A stretch of DNA of 64,000 bases from Eledone cirrhosa (taxonomy: Eukaryota). The position numbers and the translations under genes were made by a program. The stretch spans positions 159,650,001 to 159,714,000 of the forward strand of contig OZ024743.1 in assembly GCA_964016885.1 (NCBI GenBank), in the 5' to 3' direction. The notes beneath the pieces were generated by a model that was not told the origin of the DNA, did not search any database, and saw only the letters and a program-made list of their open reading frames with translations. Below are positions 25,191 through 37,760 of the stretch, piece after piece; the stretch's first letter is position 1, and every line of letters begins with the position of its first letter.

Positions 25191-26849
25191 ATGGTGATAA
25201 TGAAGCATTAATATGTTTCAATGCGTTGGTGGTGATAGAATCGTGTGATGCTACGCGTTAGTTCGTGTAATACGTAGATAGATATGATTGAAATAAAACA
25301 TATAACTATTACATTCTTAATACCAATAAAAGCTGTTGGATCAAACTTCAACATTATTTTTAGCTTTCGGGAGAATTCTTCGTAGCATTTTCATTAAAAA
25401 TCGATACAAAATTATGATTGCTTTAATTTAGTTAACAGCAAATAATTAATTAAAATCTTGCAAATACACGCTAACAAATTGAATTTAATAATTTGCTTTA
25501 AATGAATTTTACTACAGATTATATGTAATCTCCCAAGACCTATTGTAGAATTTATAGAGATTTGTTGTGGTGGGATACAAGTAGTTATATATTAAATTTG
25601 AAGAGTTGAACAACATTCGTGGTGAATATAACTCATAACCAGGATGCAGCAAATTGATTTTTGATATTCGTTTTTACATCTAACGAATTTATCCTTTACT
25701 AATATTGCTACCATCACCTTACCAACCTCCAAACCTGAAGGATCATAGTTCCGATTCATCAAGGTGAAAAATAATTGTAAACAATAACATAGACTATTCG
25801 TTTATGCTTTTACTGGTGTCACTCATTGGGTTTCAGCCATAACAGGACAACTTCAATAGCATTTTTTATTTATTTTCCATCATTGATGTCATGAGGGTAA
25901 AGCTGTGTTATAGGTTTTGAACGAAAAATAGACCTGGGCATTATTTAATTGACCAAAAAAGGCTGAAAATCAAAGTCAATTTATGAGTAAAGGGACATGG
26001 TAATGGGCACACAAAAAAAATATATATATAAGTAAATACTATGAGATATATTAGATCAACATTTTTATCGATTCTCACTCCTCAAAACGATATTACGGCA
26101 CCTCATTTGATTTTATCTAAGAAAGGATTCATTTGGTGGTTACCAGATACTATACATCATAAGTTGTAGGTTAATGTCTCCATAACCATAGATGAGACAA
26201 GATTGACTCTGTTCTTAGTGGGTTACTCAAAAATTCTGAATTACTATAGAAAAGAAATTTCAGCACTCAAGAAACTGAAGGACTTTCTACTTTTAAGAAC
26301 GCTTTTTCTTCCGTGTATAAGTCAAATTTACAAATTATCCAAGCATCACGTTATCTAAACATTTATTTCACGTGCGTTGCATGAGCTTGTCTGGCCATAG
26401 CCGAAAAAGCACAACACCTAAATACGATGAACTCAATTATGTATTATTCATTGGCAATAAGGGCTCTAGAACAAGAAGTAAAATGTCTGGCTTGACAGGT
26501 GTCTCAGGGCACTTCAGATTAGGCCTGGCCGATATCCGGATACTGCGAGTAAGCCAAGACCAAACCTTTTTAATATTGGTTGCTGGAATGAACGGAAAAT
26601 GTCAGATCATCAACCTAGATCGTTTTGTCGTTTTGAATGAAAATGACCCCTTATTGCGAAAGAACTTAAACGTTACGCCATGGAACGGTCTAATAGAGTG
26701 ATGGCCAGAAGAATGCGACAGAGAGGCTGAAGTGGTAATTGTTGTTAAAAATACAATTACTTCCGTATTATGTGAGTTTCCCTGTGGTTTCTCTGATCCA
26801 CTATAAACAATAAGCATGTTACATTTGTGAGCGTATATTCTCCGAATAT

Positions 26850-28470
26850 GTGTGCTACGGAAGGTGAAAAGCTTGCATTTTATCTTTCCTTAAAGTAACT
26901 TGTCCGGAGGATCCCATTATTTGATACAATTCTCATACTTGGTGATCTTACTGGCAGGAAAGGATCACAGAATTTAATATGTTGTTGGCAGACATTGAAT
27001 TGGATTAGCAATGGATTGTTTCTCCAATACATGTGTCAGGAGCTAAGTCTTTATATTGATACCACTTTCTTCCAGCACACCTGGATGCATCTAGGTTCAA
27101 AGATGTCGCACATGGCAGATGCTGTTCTTATGCGTAGACGTGATTTTCGATAAGTCTGTTATGTCCGTGAGATGCGAGGAGGTAAATGTTGGGCAGACTA
27201 TGTTTTACGTACTACAGAAAAATTTGTAGTAACGCTGAAAATAAGAGTCCATGGCGTTTTTGTTGCAAAGAAATTAAATATTGCTCTTATTAAAAATGCT
27301 TCAGTAAAGGTTAGACAAGATTCAATGCGATGACAGGTGATAAGATTTCAAAACCTCTGTTTATGATACTTCGGCATCTGTTCTAGGTTTTATGAATAGA
27401 AAACATCAAGATTGGTTTTATGGAAATGTGGAAGAGATTCAAATTCTATTTAATAAAAAGAGGACAACGATGGTGAGTGCTCTTAAAAAATGGAAAGGAG
27501 CTGGGAGTAGTGGAATGTTGTTAAAGGCAGTGAAGTATAACTTACAGCGAAGGTGATTCAGGCTGCCACTGATACCAACAATATAAATGCACTATACAGC
27601 TTATTACGAGTTGTCTATGGTCCTTATTTTTCATCGCTAATTTAAAAATGGCAACGAATTGTTAAGAGACCCAAAGTACATCCTTTTGAGGTGGAGGGAA
27701 CTCTTCAATATTCTTTTGAATAGGCCTTCTCAGGTCATTGGGGAGTTTGAGACCGAATTCCTACTTGGCCTACAAATGATTTATTAACAGAAATCCCTAG
27801 CTCAGAGAAAGTGCAAGTGGATGTAAAACGACTCAATGATGGGAAAGAACCAGAGAGGTGTAGTAGCTGTCCCGAGGCACTGAAATTGGGAAGGCAAAAC
27901 TTTCTTCGAATTATTACAAACCTGATACATAAGGTTTGGGAGAAAGGAAGCGCTACTCAAGACTGTGAAGATGCTATGATAGTGGTGCATTATAAAGTAA
28001 AAAGTGCAAAATATGTTTGAGGTAGTTATCCTATGGTAGCCTCCTTTTCAGTGGGAAATGATCATGCTGTTCAAATTGTGTATAGCATAACTTTTGAAGT
28101 GGCATTGGGACAACAGACATGATCTCTCTGTGAGGCAATTACAGATGTGTATTGAACAGAGAATGAAGTTGTATCACATCTTTGTTGACTTGACTTTTGA
28201 TACAGTGAATAAGACTGCTTTTAGGAGGAGTCTAACAAAGTACAGTCGTCCGGATAAGTTTGTATCAGTTCGGAGAGGTTTTCTTGATGCAAGATAGTCT
28301 CAGTATAGGTTTAACAGGTTAGATACCAGTTTTGTTTAAAATGGCATAAAACAATGGATATAAGAGCACCTACATTGTATTTTTCTATGGCATTTGAGAA
28401 CCGAATACATGGAATTAATATCAAGTATCGTTCGACGGGTAAAGTGTTTAAGATCAGACGGTTAGCTGTA
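26850..28470 (+). mobile_element. Highly degenerate RTE LINE (APE plus RT remnants)
   Basis: LILGDL, HTWMH, PEALKLG, VRQLQ.CIEQR..L..IFVDLT.FDTVN. Confidence 0.65.
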
Positions 28471-28806
28471 AAGGAAAGGTTTCACTTCTTTAACATTTTA
28501 GCGTGATTTTCAGTATCGCAAAATGACATTATTTGCAATGACTGCGGCCGGATTTGCCTCAGAAAAGTTTGTCTTAGAAATGTGTATATAACTACTCCAA
28601 ATTCTATATTTGTTGAGCTGCTCACACAGTGATTAGTATTTCGCACCTCTTTCAAGCAGAAATGATGTCCAGTTTTATTTGTGTCTGCCGCCACGGGTTA
28701 GACGTTATTAAGCCATTCTGTCTATGGTGTTGGTATAACTCCTTGTTCCTCACATATAAAGAAACATTTTGTACCCTATACTTTGAACTTTTAAGGTCGT
28801 AAATTC

Positions 28807-28985
<179 letters not shown>

Positions 28986-29099
28986 TTTCTTCTGCAAGAT
29001 TCTTGATGTAAAATATATATGTGTATATATATATATGGTAAATTTCTTTAAGTCGTTTGGAAGCCTCGACAATGCAGATGGGTAAATCTCCGGGTAACA

Positions 29100-30585
29100 A
29101 GATCCGGTGGTGGAGAGAGAGATGTAAGTGGGTGTACGTTGAGATGCGTGGCGTGTATAAGACTGTAATGTGTAGAGAATGAAGGAAAGAGCGTAAAGGA
29201 TAAAAATAAAAATGACAACACGAGAAAGAGTTATCTTGGGAGAGATTTAATTGTCCGTATATATTTCGGATTCACATCCATCAACTGGGTTTTTTTCCTT
29301 TCTTGTCTGTCGGAAAGGTGCGAAACGTGTCCTCCGCTGTTCGTTGTTTTGATATCTGAGGTATTCCGGGTTTCCTGGAAAGGCATATTTGCAGGGAGAG
29401 GCCCGAGTGGGCCAGGTGGATGTCGAGGCCTCCCTCCATATAGCCTTGCGGATAGCGTTGGTGGTATCCTCGCCCAGGTGTGGCATTTTAAGGAAGCACT
29501 TGCCTTTGGTGCCTCTCTGTCTCTTGTGTCTGGTGTCTCCTACTCTGTCTGTGAGCGAGGTAGGGTACCATTTCGTCTCCAGCACTTCGAGGAATCGCTT
29601 GGTATAAGTGACACCACTTGCGGGATCGCTGCATCTGTTTTTGATTCGCGCGATCTCGTTCGAGATGTATCCTCTTTTGGCACTGTTAGGGACGACGGAT
29701 TTGTAGTGGACGAACAGGTCCCAGCAGGCTGCCTTTCGGTAGAAGTTTCAGTGGATCCCTCCCTGTTCCGTGATGTTGATTCGGAAGTTGAGGAGAGCAA
29801 GTGACCCGTCGTCGTTGGGGGTTCAACACTGAAGTCAATGTTCTCGTCCGTGTTGTTGAACGTCTCATAGATTCTGTTCGCCATGACTTGGGAAGATGTG
29901 AGGATGAGGATATCGTCCACGTACCTTGAGAAAACACACAAACAGGAACCCGACCTGAAGATCAGGACCATTGTATCGAGCGTGGAAGGACCACTCTACA
30001 AAATTTCATGGCACCTAGCCAGAATACTCAAACCCATCTTAGACACCTTCCCGAGACACGTTAACAGCTCCGAGGAGGTGTTGAAGCGCCTGCTTTAAAT
30101 GGATCCCGACACCAGAAGGAATAACAGATATGCCTTAAGCCTTGATGTAGTCGCTCTCTACATCTCGGTCCCGGCACTCCCGGCCGTCAGTATACTGATG
30201 GAACACGTCCAATCCACCGACCTACACTTCGGGCTCACCACCACTGACATCCACCAACACTATCCATCGTCGTCGACAACACCTACTTCAGATTCCTTGA
30301 CCAAACATACCAACAAACCTCGGGACTGCCCATGGGATCAAGCCTGTCGGGTGTGCTAGCGATCTCTTACATGGACAGCCTCGAGCGCAAGGCAATCAAC
30401 GCCTGCCACCCCAACGCCGTCGCCTTTTTCTCAAGGTACGTGGACGATATCCTCATCCTCACATCTTCCCAAGACATGGCGAACAGAATCTATGAGACGT
30501 TCAACAACACGGAGGAGAACATTGACTTCAGTGTTGAACACCCCAACGACGACGGGTCACTTGACCTCCTCGACTTCCGAATTTC
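29100..30585. mobile_element. Penelope-like retroelement with inverted bipartite structure (RT N-half on +, 29921-30585; RT C-half/thumb on -, 29100-29934)
   Basis: KTHK..IRTIVSSVEGPLYKISWHL, SLDVVALY.SVP, MGSSLSGVLA..YMDSLE, RYVDDIL; 30427-30582 duplicated in inverted orientation at 29778-29934. Confidence 0.9.
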
Positions 30586-30712
30586 TTCTGAATTTCTTCT
30601 GCAATATTCTACATGTGAAATATAGAAAGAAACCGACGCACTTTCCACTTTAACAGAATATACCGATTTTCAGCTTCTTGCTTGCCTGGCAATTATAAGG
30701 TGCATGTTTTTA

Positions 30713-31149
30713 CTAACAGAAAAATCACCCTTCGGGTGCTTTTTCTGCTAGCCTGTGCAGTGTCTATATTCATATTATACGCAAGTATAAATAGATGTAG
30801 ATATGATACATCAAATAAAATCGTAATTGACAATATACACATAAATTGAACGAAGACTGCGTTACACTGTCTTAATTTATCAGTAACGTAATCCATTGAC
30901 GTAAATATATGACTGTTTATTAAAGCGATCGCTAACCAGAAGTGTGAACATTTGAACATTTTAAAGAAGTGAATCTTAATATAAGCGACAAAATTATTTA
31001 TATTTAATCAAGAATAACGAAATTTAGTAGATAAATTATGTAATATTCATTCATTATTTATTCAAAGTAATCCAACTTATTTTACAAACGGGATAAAAAG
31101 AATATATTCTGTACGCTGTCCCGCACACTTCCCTTTATTATAGTTTAGA
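30713..31149 (-). mobile_element. Non-autonomous Helitron (family of 63200-63690)
   Basis: 5' TCTAAACTATAATAAAG; 3' long palindrome ctagcagaaaaagcaccc-gaa-gggtgatttttctgttag. Confidence 0.75.
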
Positions 31150-32009
31150 TAGGCCATCTTGACAACATGACCATCCCTAAATATAACAATATATATATGC
31201 GTGTGTGTGTGTGTGTGTGTGTGTGTGAATTTGTATATCTATGATATGCCATTTCCGGGGAACTCAGGTGTATCAACGGCTATAAATGAGGAATGATAGA
31301 CCCTTAGGTATTGTCATGTTACCCTGCTCGTTTTTAATACCAGGTGTACAGTTTCTGATCATCCTAATTTCTGCAGACCCACTAATGTTATAGCTGATTA
31401 TTCTGAAAGGTGAGTTTAATCCTCTACAAATCTTTATGATCTCTAAAGAATTTCTTGTCTGAGGTTCGTTTATATTCGCCAACTGTTGTTAGTCTACACG
31501 ATGAAATAAAAAAAACCCTATGATGACTTGAGGAAAATACTGAAGAATGTTTATAAGAATGAGAAACTGGTAATGTGTATGGGTGTGGGGTCCAATACCC
31601 GGTTATGCTGTGATTATGAATTGTCGAGTTGCATTTGTCACCATGGAATGGGAAAAACATAAATTCAATGTAAATCCAATGATCCGATTATCCTTTTAAT
31701 TACAACTATCTCAGGAGTTAGATGTAATGATAGCCAATACTTTGTTCAGGCAGAACGATAAATATAAGGCGACATGGAATCACCGCGTAATTCTGATTAT
31801 GTAATTATCAGGAGGACATCTACACTGATCCTTGCATGTTCCTTATTCTACATATAACCCTACACTGACAAATCATATTTGGACAAAGAACATGACGTTG
31901 GCCGCTTAAATTGAATTGCATCATTATTCACTGATTAGTGCGTTAAATACGCAACCCGGATTAGTCAACGTATTTATCGTAAGGATATATATCTATATAT
32001 ATTGGAGAA

Positions 32010-32380
32010 AGTATGACCCCGACGGCAGAGCTCAAGCCATTTCGACGGCTATCTCTGGACTCCTATTACCCACTCTATTACTCTAAGTATTGAGTACTCT
32101 GGTGCGTTATGGTCCATCTGGTTCCTTACCACAACTCCGTTATCTATATATATACAATATATATATATATATATATAACAAAGAAGGTGTGGTAAGATAC
32201 CAGGTGGACCATAACCCACCAGAGTATTCGATACTTAAGGTAGTAGAGTGCGTAATATAAAAAGAGTCAGGACCCCGACGGCTGAGCCCCGGCCGTTTCG
32301 ACAGCTAGATCCGAGCTCTGAGTTCGCATCTAGCAGTCCAAACGGATAGAGCTCAGCTGTCGGGGTCCTGGCTCTTTTCA
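32010..32380. repeat. Back-to-back copies of the 1939-2120 family around a (TA)n tract, including a ~100-bp hairpin at 32271-32368
   Basis: 32066-32142 is the reverse complement of 32175-32256; gaccccgacggctgagc...gctcagctgtcggggtc stem. Confidence 0.8.
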
Positions 32381-32389
32381 TATATTTAC

Positions 32390-32735
32390 ATACATACATG
32401 ATGATGGCTGCCTCCTCGTTATCGAGTATGGCCATTTCACGATATACCATTATTAATATTATTAATTAATTCTATCGTCCAATGCTTGTGCGTGAAGATA
32501 TTTTTTAAAGTGAGGTAAGACTTTGCACTGAGTCAATCCCACTTTCTGAGCGACAGTAGCTATAACCCGAAAGAAGAAAAGATCAACATCATCGGTAACT
32601 ACTGAGCCGCAGGTTTTATATTGGAGTCATCCCAGTTTCCTGAGTTGCCTCTTCCTAGAAGAATGTCCTGACAAAGGCTGGGGGGCTTTCACTCCCAGTG
32701 GTTTAACCGCGCGATCGGGTGTCCAGCCCGATTAT
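32390..32735 (-). mobile_element. Bipartite RTE-derived non-autonomous retroelement in an (ATGT)n site
   Basis: RTE 5'UTR-like ...aaaccactgggagtgaaagcccc...ctaggaagaggcaactc fused to an RTE-like 3' end gcagccatcatcatgtatgta; (cata)n on both sides. Confidence 0.6.
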
Positions 32736-32779
32736 TTTTAATATACATACATACATACATACATACATACATACATACA

Positions 32780-32810
<31 letters not shown>

Positions 32811-33046
32811 TAAGGAGTTGACGGACCCAGCATATTTATCAATGCCAGTACCGGTTGTATCTCAGCGTACTCCATGTGCAATGTAAGATACATTCCCAGA
32901 GTATACACATAGTTATTTGCTTCAACACAACACACGTAAAACGGGTGCCTATAATTGTTCCCGAACTCGAGTTTCTGCCGCACTAATTCAGCAGTAAGGT
33001 GCACTGCACCATCCGTCTGCATTTATTATGCAACAATGCACAACAT

Positions 33047-33118
<72 letters not shown>

Positions 33119-33229
33119 GTGTGGGTGCATGTTTGTCGATATGCAAATCTACAGGAAACTGTGATGAACCTGTAATTTGCTCCTGGGAACCAATAAAGAG
33201 GCCTAATCTTTTTTTGTATAGAAATTTCT

Positions 33230-33950
33230 TGGACCAGTAGAAAAGTTGGAAGCATGGTGGACAATTCTTCTAGCCCGGGTGAGTATATGTACCTCGGGAG
33301 TCGTAAAAAGCATCATGCTTTTGTAAAGCTTGAGGCGCATCTATGCTTCCTAAATGGGATCTCACTGCGGGCGAAGTAAAATTGTACAATGCATGCGCTC
33401 TCACTCCATTACTGTACACTTCTTAAATCTGGGCAATGTACAGCCATCACTACACACATCTTGAAAGGTTTCCCTAAATTAGTCTGAAAAGGATTGCTGG
33501 AATTGACACTGAAGTGGTCACATGCTGTGCAGGGGTGACAGTCGGCTTCCCAAGAGAAGGTTGTATGTCAAAATGGCCAGTGGAAAGCGACCACTACATA
33601 AGCCCAATAACAGATATAATTCCTGGCTTAAATATTCACTTATACGTGCTATCATCAATTTTGAAACACGGGAACTGAAGCATTTGATACGTGCGTTTGA
33701 AGCAACACAGGTACAACAATTGAAATGTAAAAGAGATGTCAGAGAGGATCTTGCTGTTGATGTACCACAACTGTGATGTCCATGTACCATCCTGTGATGT
33801 CCATGTTTTAATATGCAAGGGATTCTGTTTCAGTAATGCGGGTAAGAAATATCATTTTCACCGATAACCAAACGTCAACGGCGGAAATACAAGAATATAG
33901 ATCTGCTAGTGGGATAAAAAGTCACATCAAAATGTATAATGAGCCTCAGG
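33230..33950 (+). mobile_element. Degenerate RTE 3' fragment
   Basis: GHMLCRGDSRLPKRRLY..MASGKRP..KP..RY. Confidence 0.6.
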
Positions 33951-34801
33951 AGGCCAATAATGTTCTATGCATGCGTGTTATGAGTGTGCATACAACTTCA
34001 TATACATACAACTTCAGAGTTTTTCGCTTAATTGTCTGCAATATTGCTGTTCAGTTTTTTCACTGATTTGAATATATTTTCATGAATATTTTCTGTATTA
34101 GTGCCATTTATAGAAATGATTTTATGTAAACGGCCCTACAATAAAGACGATAAAATGACCGAATGTTTTTAATGAAATCAACAAAGCAACATCAGCATCA
34201 GCTATAATTTTATTATTGGTAATAGTATGAATCAGTCAAATATTGTTCAAACATAAAAAGGTATCCCGTTACAATATACCAAAAATAAATAAATGAAATA
34301 AAAATGTAAATCTCAGTCTTTGATATGGGAGTTAATAAATATATATATATTAAAAATAGAAACCATTTTATTTCTACCTTTTTTAAACTTCATATTTGTT
34401 CTTTCTTGTTCATATATTTAGACATTTTTTTTACCGGTAGGTTTTTGTTAGCGATATAACTAAAATAGCGTAACGTTGCATGGAAACATGTGGAAATTAG
34501 CTTCTAGAATTAAAGACAATATGCTCGAACCGCATAGATCTTATGCTAACTTGATAATGAAATTGAGATCATTTTGATCATACAGCGTGTCTCCCACAGT
34601 TGAATCAATCAAAATGAGCATAAAAATGAGAATTCAATAGGTGTGATTGATTTCATGCTATTTGGTCATGCAAGCTAAGCATGTTAAACATCCGTTTTAA
34701 ATTAATTTAAATAAATGTAATGCGTTTTCAAGCATACGACTTCCGTTTAATTCAAACTTCGAATTTTACTATTGGAAGTTCATACTCTCTCCTATTTGTC
34801 T

Positions 34802-34863
34802 AGAGAATCAGAGAAATATACACTAGCGAGACTCTAGCTAGTTGTATATTTCTCTGATTCTCT
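34802..34863. repeat. Isolated hairpin with perfect 21-bp arms
   Basis: agagaatcagagaaatataca / tgtatatttctctgattctct. Confidence 0.85.
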
Positions 34864-35026
34864 CTTTTCTCCTTTCCTTCCTCTCCCTCGCATTCTCTCT
34901 CTCTCTCTCACACAAACAGGCACACATACACACACATACACAATACACACACAGACACACACGCACACGTAAATTTATATAAATATATATAAATATATAT
35001 AAATATATATAAATATATATATATAA

Positions 35027-35216
35027 TTGTTTTTACTTTTGGCACCAGGCCAGTAATTATTCCAGTGCATTACTGGTACTTTATTTTATCGACCCCGTAA
35101 GGATGACAGGCAAAGTTAACCTCAGTGGGATTTGAACTCAGATCATAAAAGGAGGTAACTCTATGCTTCAAAGCATGGCGCCCGACCCTCTACCAATACT
35201 GCCAGTCCACCGCCCG
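35027..35216 (-). mobile_element. SINE (2409 family)
   Basis: Reverse-complement match. Confidence 0.9.
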
Positions 35217-35779
35217 TTATATATATATAATGTGTGGAGCATTATCTTCTGTCTTTGTCTCCTTTTGCCCACTACTTGAGCTACACTTTTACTTCTAAAC
35301 CTCTTCCTGATCCTTTTTTCTGTCTCAGTCAATAATTCCTCTTGTGATCACACATTTCTCTGTTTCACCAGTCTACTTCCTGGATTATTGTATTTTTACT
35401 TCTTCATCCCAATCTTTCAAGATCTCACCTATGCATTTATCTAATTCAGCATGCTGAATATAATATTTTTCATATATTTGTACCAACTCATTTACGTTTT
35501 TCCTTTAGATAACTAAAGCGTAACAGAACGACATATCAGCGAATAAAACATGAATCCTTAACTTGGTTTTCGTCATGTGATATGACATTTGGAGGAAGAT
35601 TTGCACTATACTCTAGAAGCCTTTACATGTGAGGTTAAAATCTGCAGCATCGCCTTAGCCCAGTAATCAGGTACGCTGGGTATGCTGCAGTAAGGGTTTC
35701 CATTTACACAAACAATTCTGGCATAATGTTTGCCTGTTTGAATTTCATTATTTAAGATTTATTATCACAAAAGCTAGAA

Positions 35780-36870
35780 CAGAAGTCTAATAAGGCCTCT
35801 CCATTCCTATTCAGATTGGGACTCTGTTCCTTCAAATCATTTCTTTCCATGTCGTGTGGTGGTCAGTGGCAACACCAGTCTTAACTATATCTAACGTTGC
35901 AGTGATTTCTTCAAGGAAGGATCCATATTCGGACTCCTTGTTTGGTGGATAAACTTACTCTACACACAGATACATATTATCCAGCATAAGTTTCATTCGG
36001 CACATGTTCCCTCTTAATAGTATCCAGTCCACAACACATTTTGACAGAGTATCCCTACTTCTGCTTATTCACTCATATCTGGCGCCACACCGGAATAATG
36101 GGGTTTCTATTCTCCATCTAAATCTAGAGTACAAGAGCCAATGAACATTGTGTAGTAAACTCCGACTGCAGTTGTTATCAATAATCCCATCTACCCTAGT
36201 AGTTTACAACTGTTGGTCGGGGTATGCTCCTTCATCCGGCAGGTGCCTGCTTATAACGCAACGAACCATCATACCTAGTGGTTGTATTGCTATCTGCCAC
36301 CTGCAACTATTTCTCTATCTGAACAGATCTGCTGAGAAAGCAGATCTGGAGAAATAGAATTCTGTTTTTGCCATAGACACTCTATTCTGAATAACTTCTC
36401 CCATAATTATAGATTGTATAAGAGAAATCAGGGTCAGATATCAATAATTGATTTGTTATTGTCTGTGAACTCTTCGATTCTGTGCTGGGTGTTCTTGTTA
36501 AGAGAGAGGATGAGCTGTCAACTAATCACCTAATTATCAGCCACTACAGAAGATCTAAAGCAAAAGAAGCCCACAAAACTGACAGGCCCATGGTGATTTA
36601 CATGATAAAGAGAGAGATGATGGTGGATAAAGAAGTAAGGACCAGGTAGTATTGCATCCAAATTCAGAGAACTCTTTGAGCAAACTGAGGACGTTGAAAC
36701 AGGGTGGAGATTGTTCAGCGCAGAAGTTCCTAATTCATCTGTTAAATGCTGCAGGCGAAAGAGACTTGAAGTGACGCCGAATGGCATGAGGACTCCTTGG
36801 TTCCCTGAAGAGGTCAAAGATGCCATTCGGGCAAAGAAGGATGCCAACAACAACTTGGCTTGGAAAAAAG
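35780..36870. mobile_element. Degenerate RTE-like APE fragments on both strands
   Basis: Minus 35790-36120 APE-like remnants; plus 36430-36870 resembling IDL..V, ELSTNH.L, TPWFPEEVKDAIRAKK. Confidence 0.5.
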
Positions 36871-37057
36871 TCCTGCTTCTTGCACTTGCGGTTGAACATT
36901 TCACTCTCAGGCACCCAATTAAGCTAAACCCCTGGTAATCTACGACGAATTTCTTTTATAAGCACAAAATGTAGACATCATCCCCAGGCCGAGGTATTCT
37001 GTACTTCTCCGTACTGTTACAGAAAGGAGGGATAAACATGCCAATCTGCGTTTAGAA

Positions 37058-37085
37058 TCCCGAGCAACGCCGGGCCATTTGCTAG
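37058..37085 (+). mobile_element. Helitron 3' terminus (hairpin + CTAG); 5' end not located
   Basis: cccgagcaacgccggg-ccatttgCTAG-T; hairpin identical to the one at 56048-56063. Confidence 0.7.
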
Positions 37086-37760
37086 TTATATATATATGTC
37101 AATCGACTTTTAGTTTAATCTCCCGAGTATAGCTATTGACCAGTTCATTTTCTTGATTTTTTTAGTTAATTCTATTGACTAATGAATAGCTTTTGTAAAT
37201 TTTAAAACCATTCTGTTGAAAACTTAATTCCTTTTGTGATATTTTGCAACTTGCAATAATAACACACATACTGAATTCATCCGTCAAAACGAAGGGTTGC
37301 CCCCCCCCCTGTCGAGCTCCATGTGGGTTTTGATAACGGTCAGTACTTGGTTTGGCACTTGAACTAAAAGCCTGTTGAGAAAGTGACTTCCTTGTTCAAT
37401 CATCTTACCAAAAGCGTAACATTATTGGTCTAAGCAGATAGTACCTGATTTAGGAGTTGCAGAAACCCAAATGCTGGATTTTACCAACCTTCCAGAGGTC
37501 CGGGTATAATTTTCAATCATATTTTATTTGTTTCACCCGAATTACTTGGTCGTTTCTATGGCTGTGCGGATAATGGTTTAACCATCGTCTCAGTGTGTTT
37601 GGTCTTTTAACTTATGTTGTAGCTCTAGTTCACTAGCTTCTATGGAGCGCTTGCCACACATCGCGGAAGTTGTTTTTCGCTAATTTTCAATAGCCAAAAT
37701 ACGACTCTCGCTAATTTATATTTGTATATATATATATATATATATATAATTATTATTATT

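Noticed and set aside
29253-29290. Possible HHR relic (ggat-gtga-atcc-GAAA-tata-TA) in the PLE 3' region
   Set aside because: The CUGANGA core is absent.
32600-32735. HDV-like ribozyme expected in an RTE 5' UTR
   Set aside because: Could not build the P1/P2/P3/P1.1 double pseudoknot from the sequence present.
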